Positions 21,543 to 32,736 of a stretch of 64,000 nucleotides of DNA are shown here, piece after piece. Position numbers and translations under genes: made by a program. Origin of the DNA: Scenedesmus sp. PABB004 (Eukaryota); assembly GCA_014905635.1 (NCBI GenBank), contig JABVCE010000010.1:930001-994000 (forward strand), written 5' to 3'. Position 1 is the stretch's first letter. Each line of letters begins with the position of its first letter. A model generated the notes under the pieces. That model did no database searches. It had not been told where the DNA came from and saw nothing but the letters and a program-made list of their open reading frames with translations.

Positions 21543-22173
21543 GCGCAGCGCTGCCGGGCGCCGTTCCCCCTGCCCCGCCGCCCCTGCGCAGCGGAGGTGC
21601 GCGGCTGCAAGGTGCTGCCCGGCCACGGGCTGCGCCGCCGAGCGCCGCCGCCGGCGGCCGCGCCGCGCCGCGGGCCGCGCGCCGCCCGCGCGCGCGCCGC
21701 TCGGCGGCGCCGCGGCGCAGCGCTGCCGGGCGCCGTTCCCCCTGCCCCGCCGCCCCTGCGCAGCGGAGGTGCGCGGCTCCAAGGTGCTGCCCGGCCACGG
21801 GCTGCGCCGCCGAGCGCCGCCGCCGGCGGCCGCGCCGCGCCGCGGGCCGCGCGCCGCCCGCGCGCGCGCCGCTCGGCGGCGCCGCGGCGCAGCGCTGCCG
21901 GGCGCCGTTCCCCCTGCCCCGCCGCCCCTGCGCAGCGGAGGTGCGCGGCTCCAAGGTGCTGCCCGGCCACGGGCTGCGCCGCCGAGCGCCGCCGCCGGCG
22001 GCCGCGCCGCGCCGCGGGCCGCGCGCCGCCCGCGCGCGCGCCGCTCGGCGGCGCCGCGGCGCAGCGCTGCCGGGCGCCGTTCCCCCTGCCCCGCCGCCCC
22101 TGCGCAGCGGAGGTGCGCGGCTCCAAGGTGCTGCCCGGCCACGGGCTGCGCCGCCGAGCACCGCCGCCGGCGG
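21543..22173. repeat. 172-bp satellite, block 3 (~3.7 monomers; right edge of the cluster)
   Basis: Same monomer and orientation. Unique sequence starts at ~22174. Confidence 0.97.
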
Positions 22174-22307
22174 CGAGATGCGCGCGGGCTGGGCACTCGG
22201 ATCGCCCCACGTCCATCGCCAGTTGTCATTGCATGTGTGACAAAGGGCGAGCGAGCATGCGGGGACAGTTACAGCGCTGCTGTAACGTCGGCGCGCGCCG
22301 CGCAGCA

Positions 22308-24759
22308 TCACCGCACGCGGCTGAGCACGCGCGTGAGGGCCTTCTTCATGTCGTCCTTGCTGAGCGTCGTGTCGACCAGCAGCTCCTGCAGCATCCGGCC
22401 CACGCGCGCCACCAGGGCAAAGCCGTTCTCCCGGCTCTGCTTGGTGAGGTACAGCTCGACGTCCTGCGGCGATGTGGCGTCAGCCCGGCTTGCGCCGGCC
22501 GCCCCCGCGTGAGCCCGGCCGCCCGCCGGCAGCGGTCCCGCCGGCGCGCGCACGCGGCGGCCCCGCGGCCCCACGCGCCTGCGCCACGATGTGCGCCTCC
22601 TCTGCTTGCCGGCCGACCGTGACCTTCTCGATGCCTGACGTGAGCTCGAGCACCTGGATGATCTGCTCCACCTCGGGCAGCGGCGCCGCGGTCTCGCGCC
22701 ACTGGATGCTGTCCATGGTTTCGCGCAGCGGGTCCTTCTGCATCTGCTTCAGCGACAGCCCCACGCGGCACCGCGGCACGTCCACGCTCACGACCTTGAC
22801 GTCCAGCTCCTGGCCTGCGCGGCGCGGCGCGGTGACGTGCGGCGCGGCGCGGTGAGTGGCGGCGGCGCAGCATGCGCGTCTCGGCCCAGGCCCGCGCGCG
22901 AGCCAGCTCGCCGACCGTGAGTGCGCCCGCGCGCCTGCACCGCCCGCGCGCCAGCCGCCCCGCGCGCGCCGCGTCGCGCGCCGCGTGCGCGGTCCCCTGC
23001 CGCCCCTGCCACCGCCCCTGCCGCCCCGCCCCCGCCGCCCCTGCCACCCCTGCCGCCCCGCGGGCGCACCCGCGGCGATGACGTCGTCGACCGTCATGAC
23101 CAGGTCCCAGCTCAGCTCGCTCTTGTGCAGCAGGCCCTGCACACCCGAGGGCCGCCCCGCCGCGTTGTAGATAGCCAGCAGCGCGCCGTAGTCCTCGAGC
23201 CGCAGCACCTGCCCCCGCACCACCTGCGCGCCGGGCGGCGACGCGCAGGACGCGGCGGCGGACGCGGCAGCGCTCGGCGCCGCGCAGAGAGGGAGGAGGG
23301 AGGCGGCCGGCGGGCCCCGCCGGGGCGCGCGCGCGGCCGGCCGCACCTGGCCCGGCTTGTACTGCCGCACCGCCTCGGTCAGCGCCGCCTGGCGCTCCGA
23401 CAGCACCAGCTCCTTGCGCGCCCCGTCCTTGTCGACCTGCGGCGCGGGCAGCCGTGCGCAGGGTTGGGGTCGCGCGCGGCGGCGCCGCTGGGCTCCTGCG
23501 CGCGCGCGGCGCCGCACTCCGCCCCGCTGTTGCCGACACCGTCACCGCCCCCGCCGCTCCCGCCGCTCCCGCCGCTCCCGCTGCTGCTCCTGCTGCTGCT
23601 CCTGCTGCTGCTCCTGCCGCTCCTGCTGCGCCTGCTGCTCCCGCCGCTCCGCTCACGCTGCGCTCCCGCCCCTGCCCCCGCTCCTGCCGCCCCGCTCCTG
23701 CCGCCCCGCTGCCGCTCCGCTCCTGCCGCCCCGCTCCTGCCGCTCCGCCCTGCCGCTCCTGCCGCCCCCGTCGCCCGCCCGGGCGCGGTCACCTGCACGA
23801 TGCGGGCCTTGACCTTCTTGCCCATGAGGTAGCTCAGGTCGCCCTTGTGCCCCGCGCGCAGCCGCTCCGGCGCTATCTTGGTGTACGGCATGAACCCTGT
23901 GCGGCGGCCGGGCAGCGCGCGCGCGGCGGCGTCGCGGGGAGGCCACGCACGTGCGGCGCGGGCGCCGCCGCCGCCGCCGGGGGCGCCGGCCCCGCGCGCA
24001 CCGCTGGCCGCCCGTCCGCCAGCGACGGCGCCGCTGGCCGCCCCGCCCGTCAGCCAGTGACGGGGCTGCCGCGGCGCGAGCGACGCTGCCGCCGCGAGCC
24101 CGCGCGGTGCGGTCGGGCGTGCTGCCGCCGCTGCCGCTGCCGCTGCCGCCGCCGCTGCCGCCACCGCTGCCGCCCTCGGGTCGCACCCTTGAGGTCGCCG
24201 AGCTCCACCAGCACGCCGCCCTTGTTGTAGCCCGTGATGGTGCCCTCTGCCACGGTGCCCCGCAGCATCATGTCCTGCGCGCGCTCCCAGGGGTCGGCGA
24301 TCTGCCGCGGCGGCGGGGCGGCGGGGCGGCGGCGCTCGGCAGCGGTCGCGGCGCGGCGCTCGGCAGCAGTGTCGCGGCCCGCGCGACCGCCGCGCCGGGC
24401 CGCGCCGGTGGCGCGGCAGCCGCCCAGCGGTGCGGCGCCACCAGCAGGGGCGGGGCGGCGGCACCGGCGCTGCGCCCACAGCGCCAGCCCCTGCTGGCCG
24501 CGCGCAGCGGCCGCGCCGCCGCCGGCCACACGCGCCCGCCGCCGTGCCTGGCTGACCGGCGCCTCGCGCGCCGCGCGGGCGATCGTCCGGGGTGCCCTGC
24601 GGCACGCGGTGCGGGCGGGGGATCAATGCGCGGTCGCGCGGCCGCTGTGGGCGGGCCGGCAGCAGCAGCGGCCCATCGCGCCGCCCACCGCGCGCTGCCA
24701 AAGGCCGCCCGCCTCTGTGGCGCGGCACAGGCCGGTACGGTGCAGTGCGAGGACAACAT
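22308..24759 (-). CDS. Plastid-targeted S1-domain RNA-binding protein (SRRP1/At3g23700-like), multi-exon
   Basis: Exons encode GTITGYNKGGVLVELGDLKG, GFMPYTKI, LEDYGALL...GLLHKSELSWD, VGLSLKQMQKDPL and C-terminal ARVGRMLQEL...KKALTRVLSRVR. TGTAA at 22273-22269. The start and 5' exons are uncertain. Confidence 0.8.
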
Positions 24760-25152
24760 GGCGCGCGTCAGCCGGCCGGCGCGGGCGCGCAGGGCGTCGG
24801 GCGCTCGAGCGCCGGAGCAGCAAGGGCAGCAGAGGCGCGCGCGGCGAGTTGCAGACCACTGGCGGGATTCTCACTCGCGAATGGACAGCGGGCGCGAGCG
24901 AACGCACACGGTGAGCCCCGGTCCTTGCGACGCGGCTGCCTGTTCGCACGCTCCCGCACGCACACTCCCCTGCCCCGCCACGACGCCGACGAGACGCCCG
25001 GCCGCCCGCAGCGAGCGCGCCTGACCCACCGCGGCGCACGCGCGCCCCCGCCGCTGCTGCTCGCCGCTGCCGCTGCCTGGCGGCGCCGCTCCGCTCCGCG
25101 CCGCGCCGCCGCAGCCCGCCCAGCGCGCGCAGCGCGCGCGTCTCCAGACGCC

Positions 25153-26341
25153 ATGGCGGCCAACCCCGCCCTGGTGCAGGCGTTCAGCGGCGAGCTGCAC
25201 CCGGCGCCGTTCGCGAACGAGACGTTTGTGCTCAAGCGCCCGCAGGTCGGCTTTGAGCTCGACGCGGTGCAGACCGCCAGCGGCAAGTGCGTGCGCAGTG
25301 CGGGGCGGGGCGGGGTGTGGGGGCTGGCCGGCGCGTGTGGGCGCTGCCGCTCCGGTGGCGCTGCCGCTCCGGCGGCGCCGCGCCGAGGCGCGTGCGCGGC
25401 ACGCGCGCCGCCGCCGCCGGCAGGTGGTCCGCCACGGGCTGCCTGTACCTCTCCAACGTGCGCGTGGTGTTCGTTGCGGACAAGGCCGACGCGTCAGGCG
25501 CGCGGGCGGCGCGGGCGGCGCGGGCGCGCTGCTGGCGGCGGGCGGAAGCTGCGCCGCATGGCCCCGTGCGCGACGCGCCGCCGCCACCGCTGCTGCCGCC
25601 GCAAACCTGCGGCGCAGGCCTGGCGGGGTTTGACATGCCGCTGGTCTACATTGACCGCGAAAAGCTCAACCAGCCGATCTTCGGCTGCAACAACCTGGCC
25701 GGTGCGCGGGCGGCGCGTCGGCGGCGGCAGCGGTGGCGATCGCGCCGGGCGGCGCCGCCCGGCTGCCCGGCAGTCGTGCCGGGCGGCATGGCAGCCCGGC
25801 AGCCCGGCGCCGCGCGCGCCGACCCCGCCTCCCCCGGCGCGCCGCGCCGCAGGCCGGGTGTGGCCCGCGGCCGACGGCGGCGGGCCGGGCGGGTCGCTGC
25901 CGCCGCACGCGTTCAAGGTCCTGTTCAAGGCAGGCGGCATCGGCACGTTCTATCCCCTCTTCTACGCCCTCGGCCAGCGCGCGCGCGCCGCCGCGGCCGC
26001 GCCGCCGCGGCCGCCGACGGCGCCGCCGCCGTCGGCCGCGGCCGAAGCCGCGGCGGTGCAGGAGCTGGCGCACAAGGCGTGCGTGGCGCGGGGCGCGCGC
26101 GCGCGCGGGGCGCCCCGCGCGGCGGCGGCGCCCGGCCGCGGCCGGCGCGCGAGCAGCGCGCCAGCGCCGCGCGCCGCCGCCGCGCCGCCGCCGCCGCAGG
26201 TTTGTCGACCCCAACGACCCCAGCACAGTCTACCTCTCGGCGCCGGTCGCGGAGAGCGCGCGCCTGAGCTACGCGCCGCGCTACGCCGCCAACTACGGCG
26301 CCGACGACGAGCCCTACGAATCCACCGGCCTGCGGCCGTGA
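25153..26341 (+). CDS. WBP2/UPF0664-like GRAM/PH-fold protein, ~5 exons
   Basis: MAANPALV...PFANETFVLKR, GCLYLSNVRVVFVA, FDMPL...KLNQPIFGCNNLAG, FKVLFKAGGIGTF, FVDPNDPSTVYL. Confidence 0.8.
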
Positions 26342-26872
26342 TGCCGGGCGAGGGAGCGCGGCGCGCGCGACTTGAAACCGGCTCAACGCAGCGCCGCCCC
26401 GCCCGCTCGCGCGTCAGCGTGCGTCCGCACGGCGCGCGTTCGTCCCCGCCAGCGCCTGCACCCGGGCGCCGGCCGCCGCCGCCGCGCGCTGCCGGCGGCG
26501 CGCGCGGGCGCGGCGCGGCGGGGCGGTCGCGCAGCGGCGGGCGCGCGCCGCCCGCGCCGCCCGCTGCCCCCGCGGCCGCGCGGACGGTCGCGGCGATCCG
26601 GTGAGGTTGATACCGTGCTCGGACACCCCGCGGCGCGGCGCGTGCGGTGGTTCGCGCGCCGGGGCAGTCGCGGAGGCATCATCGACGTGACGGTCGCGGT
26701 CCAGCGCGACCGCTGCCGACCGCCCGGCCGCCCGCCCGCCCACGCCGGCGTCAGTTCTCGACTCTCAAGCACACACAGAGACGCCCCCTAGCACCCGCAA
26801 CGCGCCCCCGCGCCCGCCAGCGGTCTTCGACACCGACTCTCCTAGCCTAAGAAGCCCCCGCGACCTCGCAGC

Positions 26873-27987
26873 ATGGCCTCCCAGGACGTTCTGTCCCTGG
26901 ACGACAAGCGCCTGCGCCTGGCGGAGGAGGGCATGGCCCTGCCCGCCCCGCCCGCGCCCGCGCCGGCCTGCTGCCTCGCCAACCCCGCGCCGCTGGGCCT
27001 GCTGTGCTTCGGCATGACCACAGGTGCGCGGAGGATCGAGCGCCGAAACGGGCGCGCCCGCGCCGCGCCGGGGCGGGACGGGATGGCGGGCGCACGCCCC
27101 CCGCGCCAGAGGGGCGCGCCGGGACGCCGCCGGGCGTCCCGGGCGGCGCCCCTCGCGGCGCTCTCCACTCACCGTGCCGCGCGCGCCGAGCCGAGCCGAG
27201 CCGGGGCTGACGCCCGCCGCGCGGCGCGCTGCGCTGCCGCCGCCGCCGCGCGCGCAGCGATGCTCATGTTTGTTGACGCCGAGTGGGCGGAGCGGGCCGC
27301 CATCTCGTCGGTCATCACCTACGCCTGCTTCTACGGCGGCTTCGGGCAGATGGTGGCCGGCGTGTTTGAGGTCCGCGCGCGCGCCGGCGACTCGCGCGCG
27401 CGCGCTGCGCTGCGCCGCTCGCGCCGCCGCTCACCCCTCACCCCCTCGCGCGCGCGCGCTGCGCTGCGCCGCTCGCGCCGCCGCTCACCCCTCACCCCTG
27501 AGCCCTCACCCCCTCACCCCCTGGCCCCCTCTGGCCCCCGGCCCCCTCTGGCCCCCTCTCCCCGCAGCTGATCAAGGGCAACACGTTTGCGGGAACCGCA
27601 TTCTTCAGCTATGGTGCCTTTTGGCTAGCCTTCTTCACCCTCAACCTCCTCGCCCGCAGCCACGCGGCCGACCCCGTGCCGCCCTTCCTCGCCCCGCCCG
27701 CGTTCCGCGTCGGCCAGACGCTCATCTTTGCGCTCTGGGGGTTCTTCACGCTCGGCTTCTTCGTCCCCACGCTGCGCAAGAACGGCTGCCTCATGACCGT
27801 GTTTGGCAGCCTCACGCTGACCTTCTTCCTCCTCGCCGGCGCGCAGTGGAGCCACGCCTGCGCGCTCGCCGCGGGCTACGTGGGCTTTGCCTGCGGCCTG
27901 AGCGCGATCTACACCGCGTTTGCGGAGCTCTGGCACGAGTCGCTCGGCGTGATGGCGCCCGGCCTGCGCCCCGTGCGCTTCATCTGA
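26873..27987 (+). CDS. GPR1/FUN34/YaaH (SatP) family acetate/carboxylate transporter, 3 exons
   Basis: Signature ANPAPLGLLCFGMTT, FYGGFGQMVAGVFE, GNTFAGTAFFSYGAFW, and several hydrophobic segments. Confidence 0.92.
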
Positions 27988-29192
27988 GCGCACGCGGCGC
28001 GGCGCCGCGCGGCGCCCGCGCGCGCACGCCCGCGCCGGCGCCGGCTGCACCCTCAGCCGCGCGCCACTCATTCGCACGGCATAACTTGGCTTGCTCCCGC
28101 CGGCCGCACCCGCGGCCGGCTCCTGCTGCTCGCTGGAGCGTTGTTGCCACCGCCAGGGGCGTGTGCATCTCTCGCACCACACCACGCGCGGGGCGCAGCC
28201 CGCCGCCACATTGGCGGGCGGCGCACGCGCGCGCGCGCGCGCGCGCGCGGCCGGCCCGCCCACCGCGCCCGCCCATCCTGGCGGGCGCGCAGCTGGCAGC
28301 CGCGCCGCGCCGCCTGCTGCAGGGGGCCTCGCACGCGAGGGCTCTGTGTTGCTTCCCGCGCGCGCCGCCAGGGCGCGCGCGAGGCGTGCACTGCCTCCTC
28401 CCCTCCTGGACCGCACCCGCTGCGCAATCGGCGGCATGCACGCGGCCGCCCCCGGGGGCGCCGCGTGCGGGCTCTCCACTGCTTCCTTTGCGCGCGCGCA
28501 CATTCCAGCTGCTTTTTGCTGTTTTTTCCTGCTTTGGCCCCAGCCCCTGCACTCGCCCTTCGCTGCCACTTGCCAAGCCGCCCGTCTCCCTGCATTGGTT
28601 TTTTCCATGTGAGCGCGCGCGCCGCATGCGGCGCCCGTGCGCGCTCAACGCACCCCCGACACCTGCGGCCAGCTGCCGCCCGGTCGCCTTGCGACAGAGG
28701 CCCCCGGGCGGCGGCGCGCGCCGCGAGGCTGCGGCTCGCCCAAACGGGGGGGAGCAGCAGCCGGCTCAGGCAGCGAACGCAGCGCAGTGCCGGAACTGAC
28801 GGCGAGGGGCCGCGAGGCAGGATGACCGACGATCAAGAGGGGGGTTTGGGATCCCGCAGCCGCCAACGCTGCCGCCCGCCCCGCGCGTGGCGGGCTGGCC
28901 GGGGCACGACTGCTCGCTTGCTTTGGTTTTGACCGCCGCCGCCGTGGCCCGCGCGCGCGGGCGCTCTTGAGGCTTTTGGACTGAACTGGCTGGCCATCAC
29001 CGTCAACGGCACAAGCTTTTCGATCGAGGGCGGGCGGAGCGGGTGGGTCCTGAACGCCGCTGCTGTGATGTAAGCGGTTGCCACCCAGCGCGTCGCCGCG
29101 CCTCGCAGCGCCGCCGCGCAGCGCCGCCTCGTCGCAGCGCCGCGCCGCGCGGCCCGCGCCCCCCCGCGCGCGCCGCTCTGCTGCTGCTGCGC

Positions 29193-29681
29193 TCAGAACG
29201 CGGCGTTGCCGGGCCAGCGCGGGAAGGGGATGACGTCCCGGATGTTGTCGATGCCGGTCGCAAACATGACGAGCCGCTCAAAGCCCAGCCCAAACCCGCT
29301 GTGCGGCACGCTGCCAAAGCGCCGCAGGTCCAGGTACGCGTCGTCCACGCTCACACCCATCTCGGCCATGCGCGCGTGCAGCACGTCCACCCTGGGCGAC
29401 GCGCGCGGCGAGGGCGAGAGCGCGGCGGCGGCCGCAGGTGGGCAGGTGGGCGCGGCGCGGCGCCGGCGCGCCGCGCCCGCCGCGGCGCTGCGCCGCCCCC
29501 GCCGCCGTTGCCGCGCGACCGCCGCCACCGCGTGGCCGCCGCCGCCCCCGCCGCCGGTCCCCCGCGCCGCGTCGCCGCCGCGTCGCCGCGCCGCGCCGCG
29601 CCGCGCCTGTCCTCGCGCTGGCTGCCGCCGATGAGCTCGCCAACCTTTGGCACGAGCAGGTCCATCGCGGCGACGGTGCGC

Positions 29682-29730
<49 letters not shown>

Positions 29731-30511
29731 CGTGCACGATGACGGGCGCCTTGAACACCTCCTCCGCGAGGTAGCGCTCGTGCTCGGTCGCGAGGTCGAT
29801 GCCCCAGGTGACGTCCTGCGGGCGCGGCGCGCGGGCGGTCGGCGCGGGTGCGCGGGCGGGCGAGCGGGGAGTGGGGAGTGGGGAGCTGTGGGGGGGGGGG
29901 GGCGAGGCCAGGGCGGGCGGCCCACAGCACGCAGCGTCGCTGCGTGCGCAGCGCGCAGCGCGCAGCGCGCAGCGCGCGGGCGGCCAGCGCCCCACCCGCG
30001 CCGCCGGCCGCGCGCCCCCGTGCCGCCGCCGGCCGGCCGCGCCGCGCACCATGTCCTCGAACTTGCGCCCGCCCTTGACCGCCTCCTGGAGCAGCTCGAT
30101 GCCGCGCGTGTAGCTGCAGCGCGCAAAGGGGCTGCCCGCGACGTGCTCGAGGCGCTCGATGGCCTTGGGGTCGATCATCTTGGCGATGAACTCGAGGTCG
30201 GGCCGGCAGCGCTCCAGCACGGTGCGGCAGCAGAAGCGCACATAGTCCTCCGCGCACGCCATGTCGTCCTGGCGCGCGGGAGGGGGAGGGAGGCGGGCGC
30301 GGGCGCGGGCGCGGGGCGCGTCGCCGCAGCGCGCGCGCGGCCAGGCCCGCGCGGCCTGCAGCGCGGCAGGCCGCGGCGCGCGGGGCGCTCCCTTCGCCGC
30401 CGCGCCCGCCCGCCCCGCCGCCGCCGCCGCCTCCCCGCCCCGCCGCCCTGCCGCCTCTCCGCCCCGCCGCGCTGCGCCGCGCCGCTCCGCCGTGCCTGGA
30501 GGTCGCAGAAG

Positions 30512-30543
<32 letters not shown>

Positions 30544-31678
30544 GAGGTGGCGGCTCGTGTGGCTGTTCTCGGCGCGGAAGGTGGGGCCAAAGGTGTAGAT
30601 GGAGCTCAGTCCGCACGCATAGTACTCGCCCTGCAGCTGCCCAGACACGGTCAGGAACGCGGGGCGGCCAAAAAAGTCGGCCCCAAAGTCGAGCTCGCCG
30701 CCGGGCGTGCGCTTGAGGCCGCCCACCCACAGCGACCTGCGCGCCGGAGGCGGCGAGCTGAGCCGGGGCGCGGCGGCAGGCGGCTGCGCGGCGGCTGCGC
30801 GGCGGCTGCGCGGCGGCTGCGCGGCGGCTGCGCGGCGGCTGCGCGGTGCGCGGCGCCGGGGCGGCGCTGCGATGCTCACGCCTCCTCCGCCTCTGCCAGC
30901 TCCTTCTTCAGCGCCAGCAGCTTGTCGACCGCCGCCTTGGCGGCAGCCGCCAGCTCCGCGTTGCCCTTGTCCGCCGCTGCCGCCTGCCGGGGGGCGCGGC
31001 GGGCGCGGTGGGCGTGCGGGCGGCGCGGCGCGGCGCGCGCGTCGGCGCCGCGCCGCGCCGGGCGCCGCCTCACCGCCTTGGCCTCCTTGACCGCGCCGCC
31101 CTGCGCCGCCGCCTGCTCCCGCAGCGCCGCTAGCTGCTCCGGCGACACGCCCGCCGCTGCCGGCGCGCCCTCCTTGGCTTTGCCCAGCAGCGTGGTGACC
31201 TGCGCGCGCCGGCAAGCAGCCGCCGGCGCACTGGGTCGGCGCGGCGCGCGGCGCCCCCGCGCCGGCGGCCGCCCGACGCGCGGTCGCGCCGCCGCGCCGC
31301 GCGGCGGCACGGCGGCGCGGGCGCGCGCCTGGAACATCTCTCCCGCGCCCTCGCAGTCGCTGGCGGTGATGATGGGCGTGTGCACGTAGTAGAAGCCGGC
31401 CTGCTGGAAGAAGGTGTGCGTGGCGTACGCGAGCGCGTTGCGGATGCGCGCGACGGCGCCGATGGTGTTGGTGCGGCTGCGCAGGTGGGCCTTGTCCCGC
31501 AGGAACTCCATGCTCATCTTGGTCTTGGCGATCGGGTACGTCGCCGCGTCGCACGGCCCCAGGTGGCACACGCGCGTGGCCTTGAGCTCCACCGCCTGCG
31601 CGCGCCGCGGCGCGGCCGGTGGCGTCGGCGCCGGCCGCGCGGCCGCGCCGCCGCTGCGCCCGCCGCCGCCCCGCCGCC

Positions 31679-31748
<70 letters not shown>

Positions 31749-32469
31749 CTGCAGGTGCGCGCTGCCACCGCCCGCGCGCGCGCCTGCTTGGTGCCCTCTG
31801 GCGTCTCGGCGAGCGTGCCCTGGATGAGCACGCAGGTGCCGGTGGGCACGAGCTTCTTGAGGCCGCCCACCTCCTCCGCCACCTCCTTTGTCACCATGAT
31901 CTGCGGGGACAGGCAGGCAGGGAGGCTCAAGGGCAGGGAGGCTCACAGGCAGGGAGGATCACGGGCAGCTGCGGCGCGCAGGCGCCGCTCGCCGCGCGCC
32001 GCGCGGCGCGGGGCGGTGCGGTGCCGCACCTGCAGGCTGTCGAAGCAGCTGCCATCGTTGACCTCGAGGAACGCAAACGCGCCCGCGCCCGCCTCGCGGC
32101 CCTTCTTTACCCAGCCGCCCACCTTGAGCGTCTGCCCCACCTGCGAGCGCGGCGCGGCGTGGGCGCGCGGCGGCGGCGGCCGGGGCCCGCCGGCGCGCGC
32201 GCGGCGCCGCACCAGGCTCTTGCCGCCGTCGTCCGCGAGCAGCAGGGCGCTGACGCAGGTGCGGCCGTAGCTGGCGGAGTAGGGATGGATCGGCGCGGCG
32301 CCGGCCGCCGCTGCCGGCGCCGCGCCGCCGTCCGCGAGCGAGGCCTGCGGGCGCGGCGCCCGGGTGCTGTGAGCAGACGCTCACCGGCATCAACCTACCA
32401 ATGCCTGGCCGCGCTCACGGCCCGCCAGCGCGCCTGGGCGAGCTGAGAAGCGACCGCGTCTGCTGCCAT
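29193..32469 (-). CDS. Asparaginyl-tRNA synthetase (plant cytosolic SYNC-type with a helical insertion), 11 exons
   Basis: [72 protein letters not shown]...IRDVIPFPR. Start taken as [12 protein letters not shown] at 32469. Confidence 0.95.
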
Positions 32470-32736
32470 CTTGCCGCTCGGCCGATGCGCCCCAGCTGGC
32501 GGCGTGCGGTCTCAGCGTCGATCGCGGATCGCTGCCGTCAATCCACGGCGTGCTCGCGGTCGCAGGCTGCCGGTGGGCGGCGGTTGAGGGCGGGCCGCTG
32601 GAGCTGCTGCTCCCGCGGGTGTGCCGGGCCGCGGACGACGCTGTGCTGACGGGAGGCCCAGGGCCGCTGAGTTGCACCGGCGCCGCCGTTGCACCGGCCG
32701 CGTCTCCGCCGCCAGGGCACAGCGGCCGCGCCGCGC

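Larger units (their letters stand above)
14341..21546 (-). mobile_element. LINE copy H (14341-14454 plus 19385-21546), outer shell of a four-level nest
   Basis: Poly(T) at 14341. The 3' UTR resumes at 19385 after an ~18-bp TSD, and the ORF2 C-terminal part runs to ~21546. Both flanks are satellite. Confidence 0.9.

Noticed and set aside
23550..23770. CTG/CCG-rich low-complexity tract, and similar short repeats at 27391-27498, 30781-30846, 31678-31748 and 34452-34514
   Set aside because: Ordinary intronic micro- and minisatellites.
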